A DNA stretch of 64,000 bases, from assembly GCA_013239625.1 (NCBI GenBank), contig MU054187.1, positions 16,198,941-16,262,940 on the forward strand. The letters run 5' to 3'. Positions 1-13,689 of the stretch are shown here, piece by piece; position 1 is the stretch's first letter; each line of letters begins with the position of its first letter. The stretch comes from Lama guanicoe. Its lineage: Eukaryota. The notes beneath the pieces are model-generated. The model was not told the DNA's origin, made no database searches, and saw nothing but the letters and a program-made list of their open reading frames with translations. A program made the position numbers and the translations under genes.

Positions 1-140
1 AATAATGTATAATAAATGTACCATATTAAGTAAGTTGTTAGTAATGGGGAAAACCTTATTGGGGGTACAGGAACTCTGTACCATCTCCTTTGTGTTTTCT
101 GTAATCTAAAACTGTTGTAAATTCTATCAAAAAAAATTTT
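1..140 (+). mobile_element. Old L1 (L1MC/L1MD-like) 3' end, truncated by window edge
   Basis: Resembles L1MC 3' UTR terminus (aaatgtacca...taatgggga...ggaactctgtaccatct...ttttctgtaatctaaaactgtt), followed by an A-rich tail. Confidence 0.7.
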
Positions 141-1826
141 AGCCTATATTCCACACCTGGTACAATATGACACATGGCAGAGGCTCAGTAAATTTGATAT
201 CTTGTAGGTTAATTTCAGGCGAGGACAACAGAATAGCCTGAAATGAGAGGACAACTCTCCCTGAGCTAGCTCAAGTACAGAGCTGTAGATTGTATTGTTT
301 ATGGAGTAAGGAATCATGCTATGTGTAATTAGCTGCTTAGTAAATATTACTGCAATTTTATCTAGATTACTGATACTAGATTCATCTCAAAGAAATGTTT
401 GCTGTTTTTGTTGATGTTAAGTAACTCTATCTTCAAAAAAAAGTTTCCTTGTGAAATAATTTAAAGTATTATTCACAGGGATCTTATATCCTAGAATGAA
501 CTGTAGTCACCTAGAGACAGTGTCATCTTTACATAATAGGGAGAGAAGAATCTATGTGTAGCGGATGGGGTTCAGGGAGAGAAGGAGGCTGAAGGATAGG
601 GTAGATTTCAAACAGAATGCAATAGGAACAAGTACTTCTGGTTAGTGAAAGATTTTTTAAACCATTTTTCCTATATGAGGCGTTCCAGATGTACCAGTAA
701 CGATGTATTTATTTTCATCCTCAAACCGGATAGAAAGAGGCTGCCTGATTAAAATCCCAGTAATGTCCCCTTTCTTAGAGAAAGCAGTAAGTGGGGTCAC
801 ATGAAAAGTTTGCATCAAATCATACACATTGTTCTGCTATTCAAGGAATTTATTCTCAATTTGTTCAGTCTTTTTCGATGGAGTTGCTGTCTAGTAACTG
901 ATATCTATGCATGTTGGTGAACAATTCAAAGTTTTTCTTTATTATTCAAGAAATTCTAGAATATCACATTGCAAAAACAATTACATTTCATCAATGATAT
1001 AATTAATTTGTACAAACAGAGAAATTCAATTATGAGAAAGTTCCGTATGAAAAAATATGACAATGTGGCAGGGGAACAGGAAGAAAGAATAAAATTTTAA
1101 AATACTCCTCTGTTGAAAGTTAACTCCCTGTTTAAATTATTTAAGAATCTGAAAAACGTTTAAAATAGCAGTTCTTAGAAAATATGTTGGCTTACCTAAA
1201 GATATAAAATAAAGTAAAATTAATTCTCACTCTATATTTAAAATAATTAATATTAGTTGTCTCTTTTAACTTAGAACTATACTTACTAATAGATGAATAA
1301 CCAGGCATTTTTCACAGTGTTAACAGAGAATCGGTGTCTGATGGACTTTATCTTCAAGTGGAATTCACTGGGCTCTCTAGCCATTTTATAATACGAATAA
1401 CAAGAACCAATTCTGGAACATTATCCTAAGATCATATATTTCTTTAATGGTCACTGTGAAACAGTACCATTCACATCCAAGTCATAAATGTTGGCTGTTT
1501 CTGAAATTTGTCTGCTTCACTGGGCACAAATGGCCAGAACAGAGGGATTCAGCTGGGCTTCTATTCTTCAGAGATTAAAAAGACATGCTTTATTCTTTCT
1601 CTCTCCAGTTAAACCAAGAACATTCCCTCTTTTTTTTCTTTTCCTTTCTTCTTTTTTAATTTTTTCTTTAAGTGCACTTTAGAAGAAGTCATTTGGCCTT
1701 TTTTCAAAACTGAAATTCACTAAGTGACTGTTTTTCTATTTGCTTCTAATCATATATATGATATCTAACATCTAATCTCTTTTCTAGATATAGATAGATA
1801 GATAGATATTAAAGAAATGTTATGTA

Positions 1827-1851
1827 TGTGTGTGTGTGTGTGTGTGTGTGT
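1827..1851. repeat. (TG)12 microsatellite, preceded by a short (GATA)n run at ~1785-1808
   Basis: Directly visible. Confidence 0.95.
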
Positions 1852-2799
1852 ATGCTTTATGTGTATGTATTTAGAGAGAGCCAGAGATAGAAAGAGACAG
1901 AGAGAAAGAAAGTTGACCCTTTATTGTGGTCTTGATCTAGTTTGCATATCTGTGAATACATTGCTATTACTTATTGGCAACTTAAGGTGCCACCCTGAAA
2001 CCTGCCACCACATTCAGACTAAAAAAAAAAAAATTCAGTCTAATTAATTATTGATCCCTTGCTGCTTATTTAGGGCCATGCTGCTTGCTTGTTGGAGAAG
2101 TCATAAAAGGATTACAGGGGATGCATATGACATAATTTCCCACATCAAAAGGCCTGTGATTACAAGGAAGTAAGTCTTACATGCAAGCACTGTAACAAAT
2201 AGCACATTATGGCGTAATGAATAATATGAGAGCTAAATGAACTTCCTTCTATTCTCATTTTCACTGATTCCTCTTTTTATTTATCTCTCTGGGATACTGC
2301 AGATCTATTTTCCTCTTTCTATATTTCTCTTTTATTTTGTTTACTATTAAATTCCGTTAGTAATTTCACAGGACACTGTACTGGAAAGTGCAGTTTGCAG
2401 TGTGTGCGCCCATGCACACATAGGCATGCCCCGTACTTGCCAGATACAATAAGTAAGTGTATCTCTCAGATTCAGGTCCAGTAAGAAAGACTGTGTGTTT
2501 CTAAGGCAGTAGTGTCAGCAGTCTCACGGCATCCTGGCTTCCAGGAGGCCACATACCTACTTTCCATCGATCACTAAGGCTAGGGAAGGGGAGACACTGA
2601 CAAATCAGGGGTGCCCGAGATTCCATTCCATCCTCAAGCTAAGGGTAGAGCCAGCTCTACCTGAGCAGCATGAACTAAGTGGAGAGGATGGGCCCCCACA
2701 CAAAATTAAGAGATGTTACTGGGGTTCTTGGAAATAAATACTGAGTGGTTTAAGAAAATCCACCTTCACGTGGTTCATTAACCTGTGTAAGATTATCTT

Positions 2800-3350
2800 C
2801 TTCACACCTCTCTGTCTCTCCTCTCTGGCCACCCTTTCTCATCTACCTCTTTCTCTGTGCTTTATGCATATCAATCTTTTAGTTTTTTTCAAACCCCTGT
2901 GCTCTTACCCATGGAAAGACTTTTGAATATGATTTTTCTTCTTCTTGGAATGATCGTCCTACCCCAATCCCCTCATTTCCCCCTTTGCCCTCCATCTCTT
3001 TCTCTATAGGTGACTACTTCTTATTCTTTAAGTCTCAGATTAAAATACACTTCCTCCGAGTCCACTCGGCTCTTTTAATCTACTGCAGCCCATATTAGTC
3101 CCATATTTCATTCTCTCATAGCACCAATACACTTCGACAACATACTCGTCACTGTATTAAACAAATGTATAATTTATGGTTGTCATCAGTATTTTTAATG
3201 ACCGTTTCCCCTGCTACAATTTATAAGCTTCATGAAAGTAAGAACTTTCTCTCTTTTGTTCACTGCTGTGTCCTGAATTTGTAATACAATATTTTGCTAT
3301 AAGGAGTGCTCAATCCCTATTATTAAGTGTATGCATGCATGAATGAAGAG
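2800..3350 (+). mobile_element. L2 LINE 3' fragment
   Basis: L2-like motifs: tcttattctttaagtctcag, aagcttcatgaaagtaagaac...ttgttcactgctgtgtcc, terminal gtgctcaat...gaatgaa. Confidence 0.65.
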
Positions 3351-4865
3351 AAGCACTAATATGAATTTTTTTGCAAACTGTATATAACATTTCATAAATG
3401 TGAGACCTTGTCATTATCTTTATGATTATTATAAGCTCGGTAACAGTAAAACTATCTATAAGGCAAACCAACAAATATTTAAAGTCCTTCTGAGATTAAA
3501 TACAAAGGTGAAACACTGTGACTGTTGTAACACATATACACTGCTGCGAGGAAAAACTGTGGCTGGGAAAACTTCAAACTGTCGAGGTTTTGTTGTTGTT
3601 TGCTTGTTTTTTTAACAGCTGTTTTAATTAAGTTGCTACAGGTAAAGGTGTGCTGAGGAAGAATCCTAGGGAAAAGTAAAATAGTGTAGATGCAGAATAA
3701 AAGAAACCATCTGTAAATCAAGGTAGTATGATGGCAATGACAGGGGACACTTTTATTAGCATGCCAGACTCCTGAGAAGCAACCTCAAACCAATCTTCAA
3801 GAAGTAATATCCCGTCACTCTGCCTCGTATTTGCTCTCCACCATCCTGCTTCCTTCTCCCTCAATTTGTTTTCTCATGCCCTAATTCTTGAATATCATTT
3901 CACAGCCATGGCCCTACTGCCTCCAATGGTTAAAACTAGTCAGACTCACATTAATTAACAGCCCTGGTGTTATTCCAGACTCTTTCCTACTTCTTAGACT
4001 GGATCCTGTACTGTTTTCCTGGTACCCAAACCCCATCACCACATTCCCAGTTTCACCCTTGTTCTGTCCAGTGTGACACCTTGTGCACTCAAATTGGTGG
4101 CAATTGTGTAGCCATGACATGACTGTTGTGCTCAACACTACAGTGTTTGTCCCGTGGTAAAAATCAGTTGTGCATTTATGCCCTTGTAATGGGATATCAA
4201 CACATAGATTATTTTGTTTTTTTCCCTCAACTTATTTATTGCATTTATTTTATTTTTTAACCATATGTTTTAAAACTATATTTTACACACTGTATATTTA
4301 TGAGTGTGTGAATTAGAAATTGTACAGTTCTGTTTCAGTGAATGACTATCTTTGATACCAAAGTAAGTGCTAGAGTGTAAAAGACACTGTAATGGGAGCC
4401 AGGAGAAGGGGAGTCATTTACCTCTCTTGCATCTGTGGTTCCTCACATGTGAACCAGGGTTTAGACTAATGTTCACCAATCCCACATGTGCCATACCTTT
4501 CCTAAGAAGGCTTCTATACAGGACAGAGGACTTCCAGACTAAGTTGATTTGATATTTCAGTATGGCTCTCTCTCCTTGGCATAGAAGTCTCTGCATACTC
4601 TCTTTATGGAAATATGGATAATTGGACCCCTCTTTCCCAAACTGTGGTTTAAGGAGAGCTAATAGCACATAAGATCATTTAAGCAGATAAACTTTTTTCA
4701 TTTTTTTTTGTATCTTAAAATTTTACATATATATCATGTATATATATATATATGAAATATGATCAAATCAAGCTCCTGATTTTATACATATTAACATTTA
4801 AGTTGAGGCTAAATTTATTTAAGTTTAAAAAGTGAGTAAATCCAAGGAAAATTATTGAATAAATA

Positions 4866-5408
4866 TATTACCTGGTTCAAGCTCATACTGTTTGCCACTC
4901 AACAGGCCAATAAATCAGGAGATGAACTGTTGAGTCAAGGAGTAGTGACTTTATTCAGAAAGCCTGCAGACTGAGAAGATGGTGGACTAGTGTCCCAAAG
5001 ATCCATCATGCCTGGGTTTGGATGCTAGTTTCTTTTATAGAACAAAGAGGAAATGAGGTGAGGAGGTAAAGGATCAGGGAAGCAAGGAGGTAAAGTAAAA
5101 AGGTGATAAGTTGCTGCTAATATTTCCTGGTTCAGTCCAGACTCCAGAGGGAATGTATTAATTTCTTCTTTCCTGCAGCCGTTCACAGATGGGCTTGGTC
5201 AGGGTGCTTCCTGTGTGTTAAACAAAGGTAGTTTAGCTTAATGTTCAGGTATAGGAGGCAGGGTTCCCAGAGATGGGCCATTATGCATATTTTAAGTTAA
5301 AGGCAACATCCCTTTAGTGATTAACTTGTAGCAAAAGCAATAGAATACAAAAGTTAAAATAAAACAAACAGATCCAATATGTAATAAAATTTGTTCTTCC
5401 TTATTACA
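4866..5408 (-). mobile_element. Solo ERV1-class LTR (~540 bp)
   Basis: On the minus strand it starts TGTAATAAGG and ends GGTAATA (degenerate TG...CA), with AATAAA ~85 nt before the end. Internal sequence resembles cetartiodactyl ERV1 LTRs. Subfamily not determined. Confidence 0.7.
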
Positions 5409-8400
5409 AAATTATTTTATGCAATCAAGTCCACTGATAACTTGTATATGGCAGAAACTATGAAGGTGCTTTACTAAAATCTGCAGGCTTGGAAACCTTG
5501 GCTACATCAGTTCTAAAAGGGCTAAGCAGATCCTAACCTGTTGGCTTTCTGTAATTTTATATTTTATATTCTACTGTTGCTTTCCAAAGTTTCAGAGACT
5601 ATCTTTGTTTTTCTGTGTACTCCAGTCTCTCATCAAGACACAGAAGAGTTTGTTGATGATGTTTGTTTTGCCTATGTGTATGTTTGAATTTATCGTTATT
5701 AAAATCCCTGTTAGTGTTGCTTCATTGGAGAATATAACATACATAGCCCCTTCAACATTAATGGGTTTTCTACCCTACTGAATTTTACTGTGGCTTTGCC
5801 CTGTCTCTAAAAATTGATCTGACAGCAGAGGCAACACCACTACGCGGGAACTGACAGTCAGTGACAGTTACTGGGAGGAAGAGGGGACAATGGAATGTAG
5901 CATTAAATAGAAATCTTTTTTCAGAAATACATCTTCAAGGCTACCAAAGGCTTCATTGTTTTAGGAAACATCGCTTCATTAATAGACTAGGGGGCCTGAA
6001 GCTGAATTCAGCAATATTTTGAAAAATTCAAGTTCTCTTCATTAAATTATTTGTATCTGAGTTTTAAGGGAGTATTTAAAGGGCCATTACATCACAACTT
6101 TTGTAGATAGGGTAACTGAAATTCATTATCTTCTCAGCTCTATTCCCAGACTAACTTTAATCAAAGGGAGTTTTATACTAAAGACATACAATTTCTATTT
6201 AATTAGATGGTCTAGGGCATATAGATGAGCTAATATTTCTAGAGGCATCTCTAAGGCTTTTTACAAGGGCCATTGTGTTTTACAGTGTCACAGAAAAAAA
6301 GGGAAGTTAAATCATGATTTTTACTAGAGCTACAGGGGAAAAAAAAAAAGCAATTGCCTTGCATTGTAAACAGGATTATTCAAACCCCTTCTGCCTTAAG
6401 CGAAAAGTTTAAGGGCAGCTCTTAATCAGGTTATTATATAAGGTTCAGTAGTTCTCAGTGTTTAGAGGATGGAAGTCTAATGCACTGCACAGCTAAGTTT
6501 GAGAATAATATGTAGATGTTCAATAATAATATGTATTATTAAGCAAAAGAACCTATCTGATTTCAGGTGGCTGAAGACGTTGAGCTATTTGGTTGGGCTT
6601 CTCAGTCTTTACATATGTGTGTTACCTCTTTATGGTTCTCTGTTTAAGGTAATCTTAATAGTGAGAGATATAGATGATACTAAATCAATATTGAATGGAG
6701 TTTGATAAATGAGGCTCTCTGCATTCCCTCTGGTCTTTACAGTATCCCTCAAACAGCTTCCTGGACTTTCTGAAAATGTCCTCAGTTACTGTAATGTGGG
6801 GGATGCTCACAAAACCAGTAATATACATTAGTGTTTTATGTGAATGGTACTTGTTCTACAGCCAGTCTTGGTGTTTTAATCCAGCTGTTACACTGATCAT
6901 AATCATTTTGGAATTCTCTCTGACTTTTAAAATCATTAGAATAAATCCAAAGCAATGTTTATGTATGGGAGGCCAATTGAATCATTGTTTTCAAATTTCA
7001 TTTAAATTATCTCTCAAGCATACTCCCTTTTCTTTTTCTTTTTCTTTTTCTTTTTTTATATCTTACCCATAGATGTAATTTGGTTTCTGTTTGATGAGAG
7101 AGCAAGTGCAGTACCTTTGATACTGTAGTACCCTCTGATGTATTGCTATGCTCAGCTCTGTCTTAATTTTACTACAGATAAACTTTTACTCTTTTAGCCT
7201 AATAGTCTTGTTAAGTTTAACTTTCCAAAAAATGATGAAATCTTTGCTAAGGAAAGAAAATTGGCTTTCTTCTTATTTAATACCAACATAAAATGTGGAG
7301 GAAAATTCAATATATTGTATTAGCCAATAAATCAACTCCAATTTATTGAACACTTAGTATGTGTCAATAACCATGCTACAAGAAACATATACAATATTTC
7401 CAGCTGTTAAATAGCTACTTTCTGGTTTCAGATATAACAGTAAAAGAAAATAAATGGACAATATTCTAAAAGAATTTATTACTGAGCAATAGATTACCTG
7501 GACAAAAATGGTATAGGCTTTGAAATTAAGCTTATGATAAGAACAGATGGAGACAGCTTACATAGGGAGAAGAAAGATCTAAGAAAAGTGGAGAAAGAAG
7601 GAAGAGGAACAGAAATTTTTCCCATAGTGAAGGTAGTAGAAGTGGTAAGGAGTATCTCAAATGTTAAACTGACAAGCACATCACTAAAAATGACCGTAAA
7701 CTCCTTAGCCACATGCCAGAACAAGCATGGAACTACTATGAGGTAGGTATTACTGGAATTTAAGTTTGCTTCCACTTGATGGTTCTATTTTGTTATCCAA
7801 GATTTTCTATCTAAAATTAATTGATTACATTTAGAAATAAACATTCCAAAGTTATTTTTTTGTGTGTCACAAATAAAATAAATATTGATACTAATGTCTT
7901 GGCAAACCATTAGAATACTTGAAACTATAAAAATAATGTAACAAAAGAGATACCAATTAAGTATGAACAGGTTAGATATAAAATATAGACCTAGTTAAAT
8001 TTGTTATATCTATACTCAATGGTTCCTAAAACAAACCTATGTCATATACTGTATTTTCTTGTAAAAATTATCTTCCTCTCATTTAAATTCAGGAACACCA
8101 TTATTGCATTCTTTCTAGTAAAGCAGAGTTCAAACAACTGATTTGGCTGCCAACAGCTTTGGCTACAGTTTCCTTCAACTTACCTCAAATGGCAAATAAT
8201 CTTTATATTATTCTCATTTATATTTTTACTTCTGTTTGTCTTGTATCCAAAATATACATGTTCATATTTGAAAATTTGGAAGATACAAAGGAATATAAAA
8301 GACCAGAAAAATCAAAACCCGTTCATTGATTCACTGTTCAAATATTTACCTAACACTCTACCCGCACTGGCAGTTCAACAGCAATTCAGATGCCATAGCT

Positions 8401-10280
8401 GACCACAAGTCACCAGCAGTCTAGCGGAGGAGGCAAACCTGCAAGCCAGCTTTTCAAAGCAGGTTAATATAGACACAATAGGAGCACAGAGAGCTGTGTC
8501 AGCTGGGCATAAGGAAGGTTTTCAACAGGAGGCAACATACAAACTGAATCTTGGCAGTATTACTCCTTTTTTCCTTCTTTCCTTTGTTGGTTTATAGGAA
8601 GGAGGGAGTCAAATAGGTGTTTTGACTGAAAGCCAGATGAAAGGAAATAGGTAGGCGATTGGAGCCCAGAGTTTGGATGGAGTGCAGAAAGAAACTCTTG
8701 TGAAGGGGCTGGGCTTGAGTAGGCAGAGGGCCATTCTTTTTTGATGTGGTGGAAGGCAAGTTGGAAACGATGGAGGTAAATATTGAATAGTGACTTCTCG
8801 AGAAGAGTAATGAATATTTTTAGTAGTCATTGAAAGAGATAGGGGAATAGGTTAATCAAGTACTACTATAAAAAATTATCCTGGAAGGTGAGGATCTAAC
8901 TGAGATTTTAAAAGATGAATTTGCAGTGATCCTGATCATCATTGTTTTTGTGTTTCATTAGGAGCACTGGCTATTTTTTTTAAAAGGTACATAGTTGGCA
9001 TGTGAAACCTAGTAACCATTTACTGTTATCATAGTATGCCTACCTTATTTTGAACAACTCTACAATTACATGAGTTACATGAATTAAGATAGGCTCTGCC
9101 AGGGAATTTTCTCATTAATACAGTATTTCTTCATCACACTGTCTCCCCAAAATGTTAATAATAAAAATACCTTGTGTCCTCAACTCTACCCATCTTTCAA
9201 GTCTAAGCTTAGATCTAACCTTCTGCATGAAGCAGCCCTTATGTCTTCATTTACTCCTTGACATCCCATTTCAGACAAAATAATTCCCCCTCATGTAAAA
9301 ATTCAGTATTTTATTATATTTTGTCAGTTTCAAGATAGAAGATGGTATTGAGGTTAGTAGTGAACAGACTTAATTTTCTCTAACATCTATAAACATATTT
9401 AGGATAAGTGGTAATCTATCCAGCGCAAGGCATGTACACAGCAAGGGTCCCTCGATTAATCAGTGACCTTATAAACATTGTGAATGGACCAAATTGAGTA
9501 CGTACTTGTTTTCATTCCTAAAAATTCTGGGGCTGTTGCAAGAGGCTGAATAGAAATTTGGGTTTTAAGGGAGGAGTTCAATCAAAGTGTAGATAAAGTT
9601 ACTTTCTATGAACCACTGTATCAATTTCCAGCCACTGACACAGTGAAAATTGTAGTTGTCAAGGTAGTGCAGTGTTTTTAAATTTTGAGAAAGGTGAATA
9701 ATATTCTAATGCATAGGAAGCACACACTACGAAAAATCTTTATTACTTCATTGCATTTAAAAATGCAGAATATTAGTTCCCTCAGAGGACAAGTTAAAAT
9801 CTATCCTGAACCTGCTACATTCTTCCTGTTGGCACTAAGCTTGTTTACGTAATACAAACTGAGCTGTTTGTATCTCTAAGAATAATCTGGAATTTCATAC
9901 AAAACTGGGTCAGTTACTTCTGATCCATCAATTTTCAATGGATTGATTTTTCCTTGATAGCTTGATGGCTTTATTGTAATGAGAGATGTCCTTTACATCA
10001 AATTTGAATATTTGGTCCAACAAATGCACTTTAATTTCCAAAATTAGAAAGGGCTCTCAAGGACATTTCCAATAGCTTCATCAGAGGAAAAAAACTAAAA
10101 ATGGATTTTAATTATGGCTTGTCAAAAAACCAAAAAACAAAACATCTGAATTTAAACACTGAATTTCATATAGAACAATAGAAACTGTTTTTTTTTTTGT
10201 ATTTTATTTACAGTAGTATATCTGGATTGTAATTTTACCCTAGTACCATTGAATCTTTGTCTTTGTGTTTCTACCTCCAG

Positions 10281-10377
10281 CTTGTCAGTCATATATGCTA
10301 GATTGGAATAAGCAAACTGTGGAGAACAACAGGGATATTTCGAATAATCACCGTGGTATATTGGGAGGACTGTTTGG
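10281..10377 (+). other. Candidate spliced exon (97 nt), unverified
   Basis: Pyrimidine-rich acceptor ctttgtctttgtgtttctacctccAG and donor TGG|gtaaat. One frame is open throughout (CQSYMLDWNKQTVENNRDISNNHRGILGGLF). Lies in repeat-poor sequence. Confidence 0.3.
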
Positions 10378-10757
10378 GTAAATTGGCACAGCATTCACCA
10401 GTTCTGTTTATATTATTTGCCTGCTGATTTTGTTACAGTATTTCTTATTGTTTAATATATAGCAACAAGCTCAGGCACCTGCAGAGATACTCGAAATCAA
10501 GCAGGCCTCCAACCACAGAAAAGCAATTTGTTTGCATTTTCTTAATTCAAATAAAAAAATTTATTTTCTCCAGTTTTTCAAAGTGTATGGCACAGCATGT
10601 TCAATTTCTACAAAATTTCATCCAAATAGTGTTGCAGTAGCGATGTTGGTTTTTCAAGCAAGATTGCTCTGAGAAGAAGGGGAAAAAAGCAGCATTCTTT
10701 TCCTTGAAAACACAAGCATCTCCCAGGCCACCCAGGTGGGTCTGGCTCCAGTTTCCA

Positions 10758-10848
10758 GAGGAGCGGCAGCATAACCTAGTGGAAAGACTCCGGACAAGGG
10801 CCCGAAGATTCAAGTTCTCAAGTCTAATCTCGGGGCCACTAATCACTC
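10758..10848 (+). mobile_element. MIR/MIR3-type SINE 5' (tRNA-derived) head fragment
   Basis: ggcagcataacctagtggaaagactccggac...agttct...gccactaatcactc resembles the MIR3/MIRc 5' consensus. Confidence 0.5.
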
Positions 10849-12348
10849 ATTCAGGCTGGCTTTCTGGTACAGGATGAGACGACTAACTGCTATAATCCAC
10901 TCACAGAGAGAAAACAGAACACGTTGGTTTTTTTTGGCTTTAAGAATTTTATACATCTAACAGAGCTTTTCTTAAAAAACGTAATCTGGTCGACATAATC
11001 AAATGAAATTATCCAGGTAATCATATTCTAAATATTTGCTTCTAATCTCAGAAAAATAATAAATATTGTTCACATCTGTCTATGAAACAAAACTTTGCAT
11101 AAAAGGCAAGTATAGATTCAAATGAATTTTATTTGTCACAATAGCTCACATAACGTGTGACTTCTTTGATATTTTATTTTTTAAACTATTTACTTTCAAA
11201 CATGATATGTGTGTGTAATATATTATATATAATCATAGGTCCACATTAAGCCACAGAGTACATTTTCTTGAATTTAAACCTCCTAATTTTATTAGGCTAC
11301 TAGTTAGGAATATATTTTAAACTTGTTACTTACAGGGATTAGAATTCTTAGTAAATAATTCATTTTTATGTAACCTAGAAATTTCTTTATATAAATTATT
11401 GCAAAATATTCATCTGCATTAGATGGTCCAGAAAAAATTTAAGGCAAGTGAGGGAAAAATATATTTCCTAAAATATTTTTTTAACCAGGAAATAGATTTA
11501 GAAAGTTTACCTTTAATTGTTATGCCATTAAAACTGTTTATAAATGCATGACTAAAATATAAGGACATTGGAGACTGAAAAAGAAATTGTGTTGCAGTTC
11601 CAAATCTCAAATCCTATCTATATATATTAAAGGGAAAAGACAGCAACATTAGCAGCCATGAATATTCTATATTTAATCTACAAATCCAGTTGAGAAATAC
11701 TAGATATCTCATTTCTGGATGAAGAATTTAGGAGCAAAACATGCTACAGGATCAGCTAACAAATACAGCATGAATAGAAAAGGTACCTTTCAAATTACAG
11801 CAATCACTCTGCCATTTTTATCCTTTTCTGGCTGGTTCTTTAGTCATTGGTTCATAATTTCACTGGGATTAATTTGCCAGCATTCTGAAGACACTTATCT
11901 TATTTTCTGGAATTCAGAAAGGGATCAGCTTCCACGCAATCTATTTCACTTATCTTTCAGAACAGCAGCACATGATGAAAGGAGATTCATGTTGAATGAA
12001 TATATTTGTCATTGTCCATGGTGCCTAGATTATATGAATATGACCTAGATGATTTTTTTTCCTGAACACAATGGTACATACTTCTGCATCAATAAATCCT
12101 ATGCAATTTAAGAACTGTCCTTTTTACTAATTCCTATTTTTCATCATAATTGATATCCTCACCTTGATCATAAGTCATTTGCTCTATAATATTTTCTTGA
12201 TTAGGAAAGAAAAAGTATAGCTTCATATAAGCATTTTTATAATAAACCATTAGATTACCTATTTGAATTCATTCACTTTTGAACCCAGATCAGAACTGCA
12301 AACTGCCTTTTCTCATTCAGAGTCTATTTAGATGTCAAAATTAGTGTT

Positions 12349-12372
12349 TATATATATATATATATATATATA
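12349..12372. repeat. (TA)12 microsatellite
   Basis: Directly visible. Confidence 0.95.
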
Positions 12373-13637
12373 GCCATGTGTACGTATACATATATAATGT
12401 AAATGGTAGAGAACTAGAGATAAGGTAAGTTATTTCTAAATATTTATGGCCTTCCTTTTTCATAAATGAACCTGGTTTCACTGGGTTTTCTTCATTTTCT
12501 CGATGAGAAGGAAGAGAGCAAGTGAGAGACAAGCAGACTCAATAAAACATAAATCAGTGCTAAACTTGGGAAATCCTGATAGATGCAACTTCTCGGCAGT
12601 GACAATATAGGGGACACATTTCACTTTTAAACTTTTTTCCATTAGTTTTTTGACAGGAGTACACTAGTTCAGCTTTAATGAGATTCTAGTGTAAAAACTT
12701 CAGGGCTAAATAAAAGAAACAAATCAAAAGGACTGAATGATTGCCATTTAATGTGAGAGAATGAAAGTGCAAACAATCATCGTATGACATCTAGCTGTGC
12801 TAGTCACTGCGGAGTGACAGGTAGAACAATTCAAAGTTACTGATCTAAAGACGGAATAACAGCTCATATGTTTGAAGTGCTTAGAAGATGAAGAAATAAA
12901 ACAGACTCTGAGATAAGACATGGTTAAACCTTTTAAATTCCATGCCCTATTGTCAGTATCATTTGAATGGTTTTGTACACATTTTTTTTTCTCTGAAATC
13001 ATGTGATTGAAGGAATTAATTTTAGAGCTCATTTTATGGCTTTATGCTTTAGGCTTCAGAGATTTTGTTTTTTAAGTTAAATAAGAATACCTCCTATCAT
13101 ATGCTTGCATAATCAAAAATACATTTTGCTGGTTTGCTAGTCTGCCTTGTGAGAATTCATGTTTGGGGTTGTATTTGTAGGTAAACTTAATGCCATCTGA
13201 GTTCTGTTTTGGTAAGAAAGAAGCCTTATTATTTTCACACTTAAAAACCAGTTTTAATTTCATGTTTTCCTTTTACTTATTTTTTTTTTATTTTAGAAAA
13301 TAAAGAAAATCACCAATCCTTTCTTTCAATAAGCCTTTTTATCAGTGAAATAACCCATTCTAGTTACTGCTGGAAACAATAATCTGTAATTGCTGCTTTC
13401 AGTCCTAATTTGGCCTGTCCTTACTTTTTCATCTCAATCTAATCTAAACCTATTTGAGCAAATAAAATGATATTTACCTCATCCTCTGTTACAAGCTTTC
13501 AAGATTACAGGCTTCAGGAAAAATCAATACAAAATACCATCTTAGCAGCGGGTTTGTGCTCGGTAAGAATGCTAACTTTTCTCCCCAGTATTTCTGACTC
13601 TTAGCTATCCTGGAGTGAAAGCAGAAGTCATACCATT

Positions 13638-13689
13638 AAAAAGAGAAAAAGAGAGAGAGAGAGAGAGAGAAAAGAAAGAAAGAAAGAAA
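13638..13689. repeat. Polypurine tract, (GA)10 plus (GAAA)n
   Basis: Directly visible. Confidence 0.95.

Noticed and set aside
13563..13588. 26-nt segment as an XBP1-like IRE1 intron
   Set aside because: Only the length coincides; no CNGCAG stem-loop boundaries are seen
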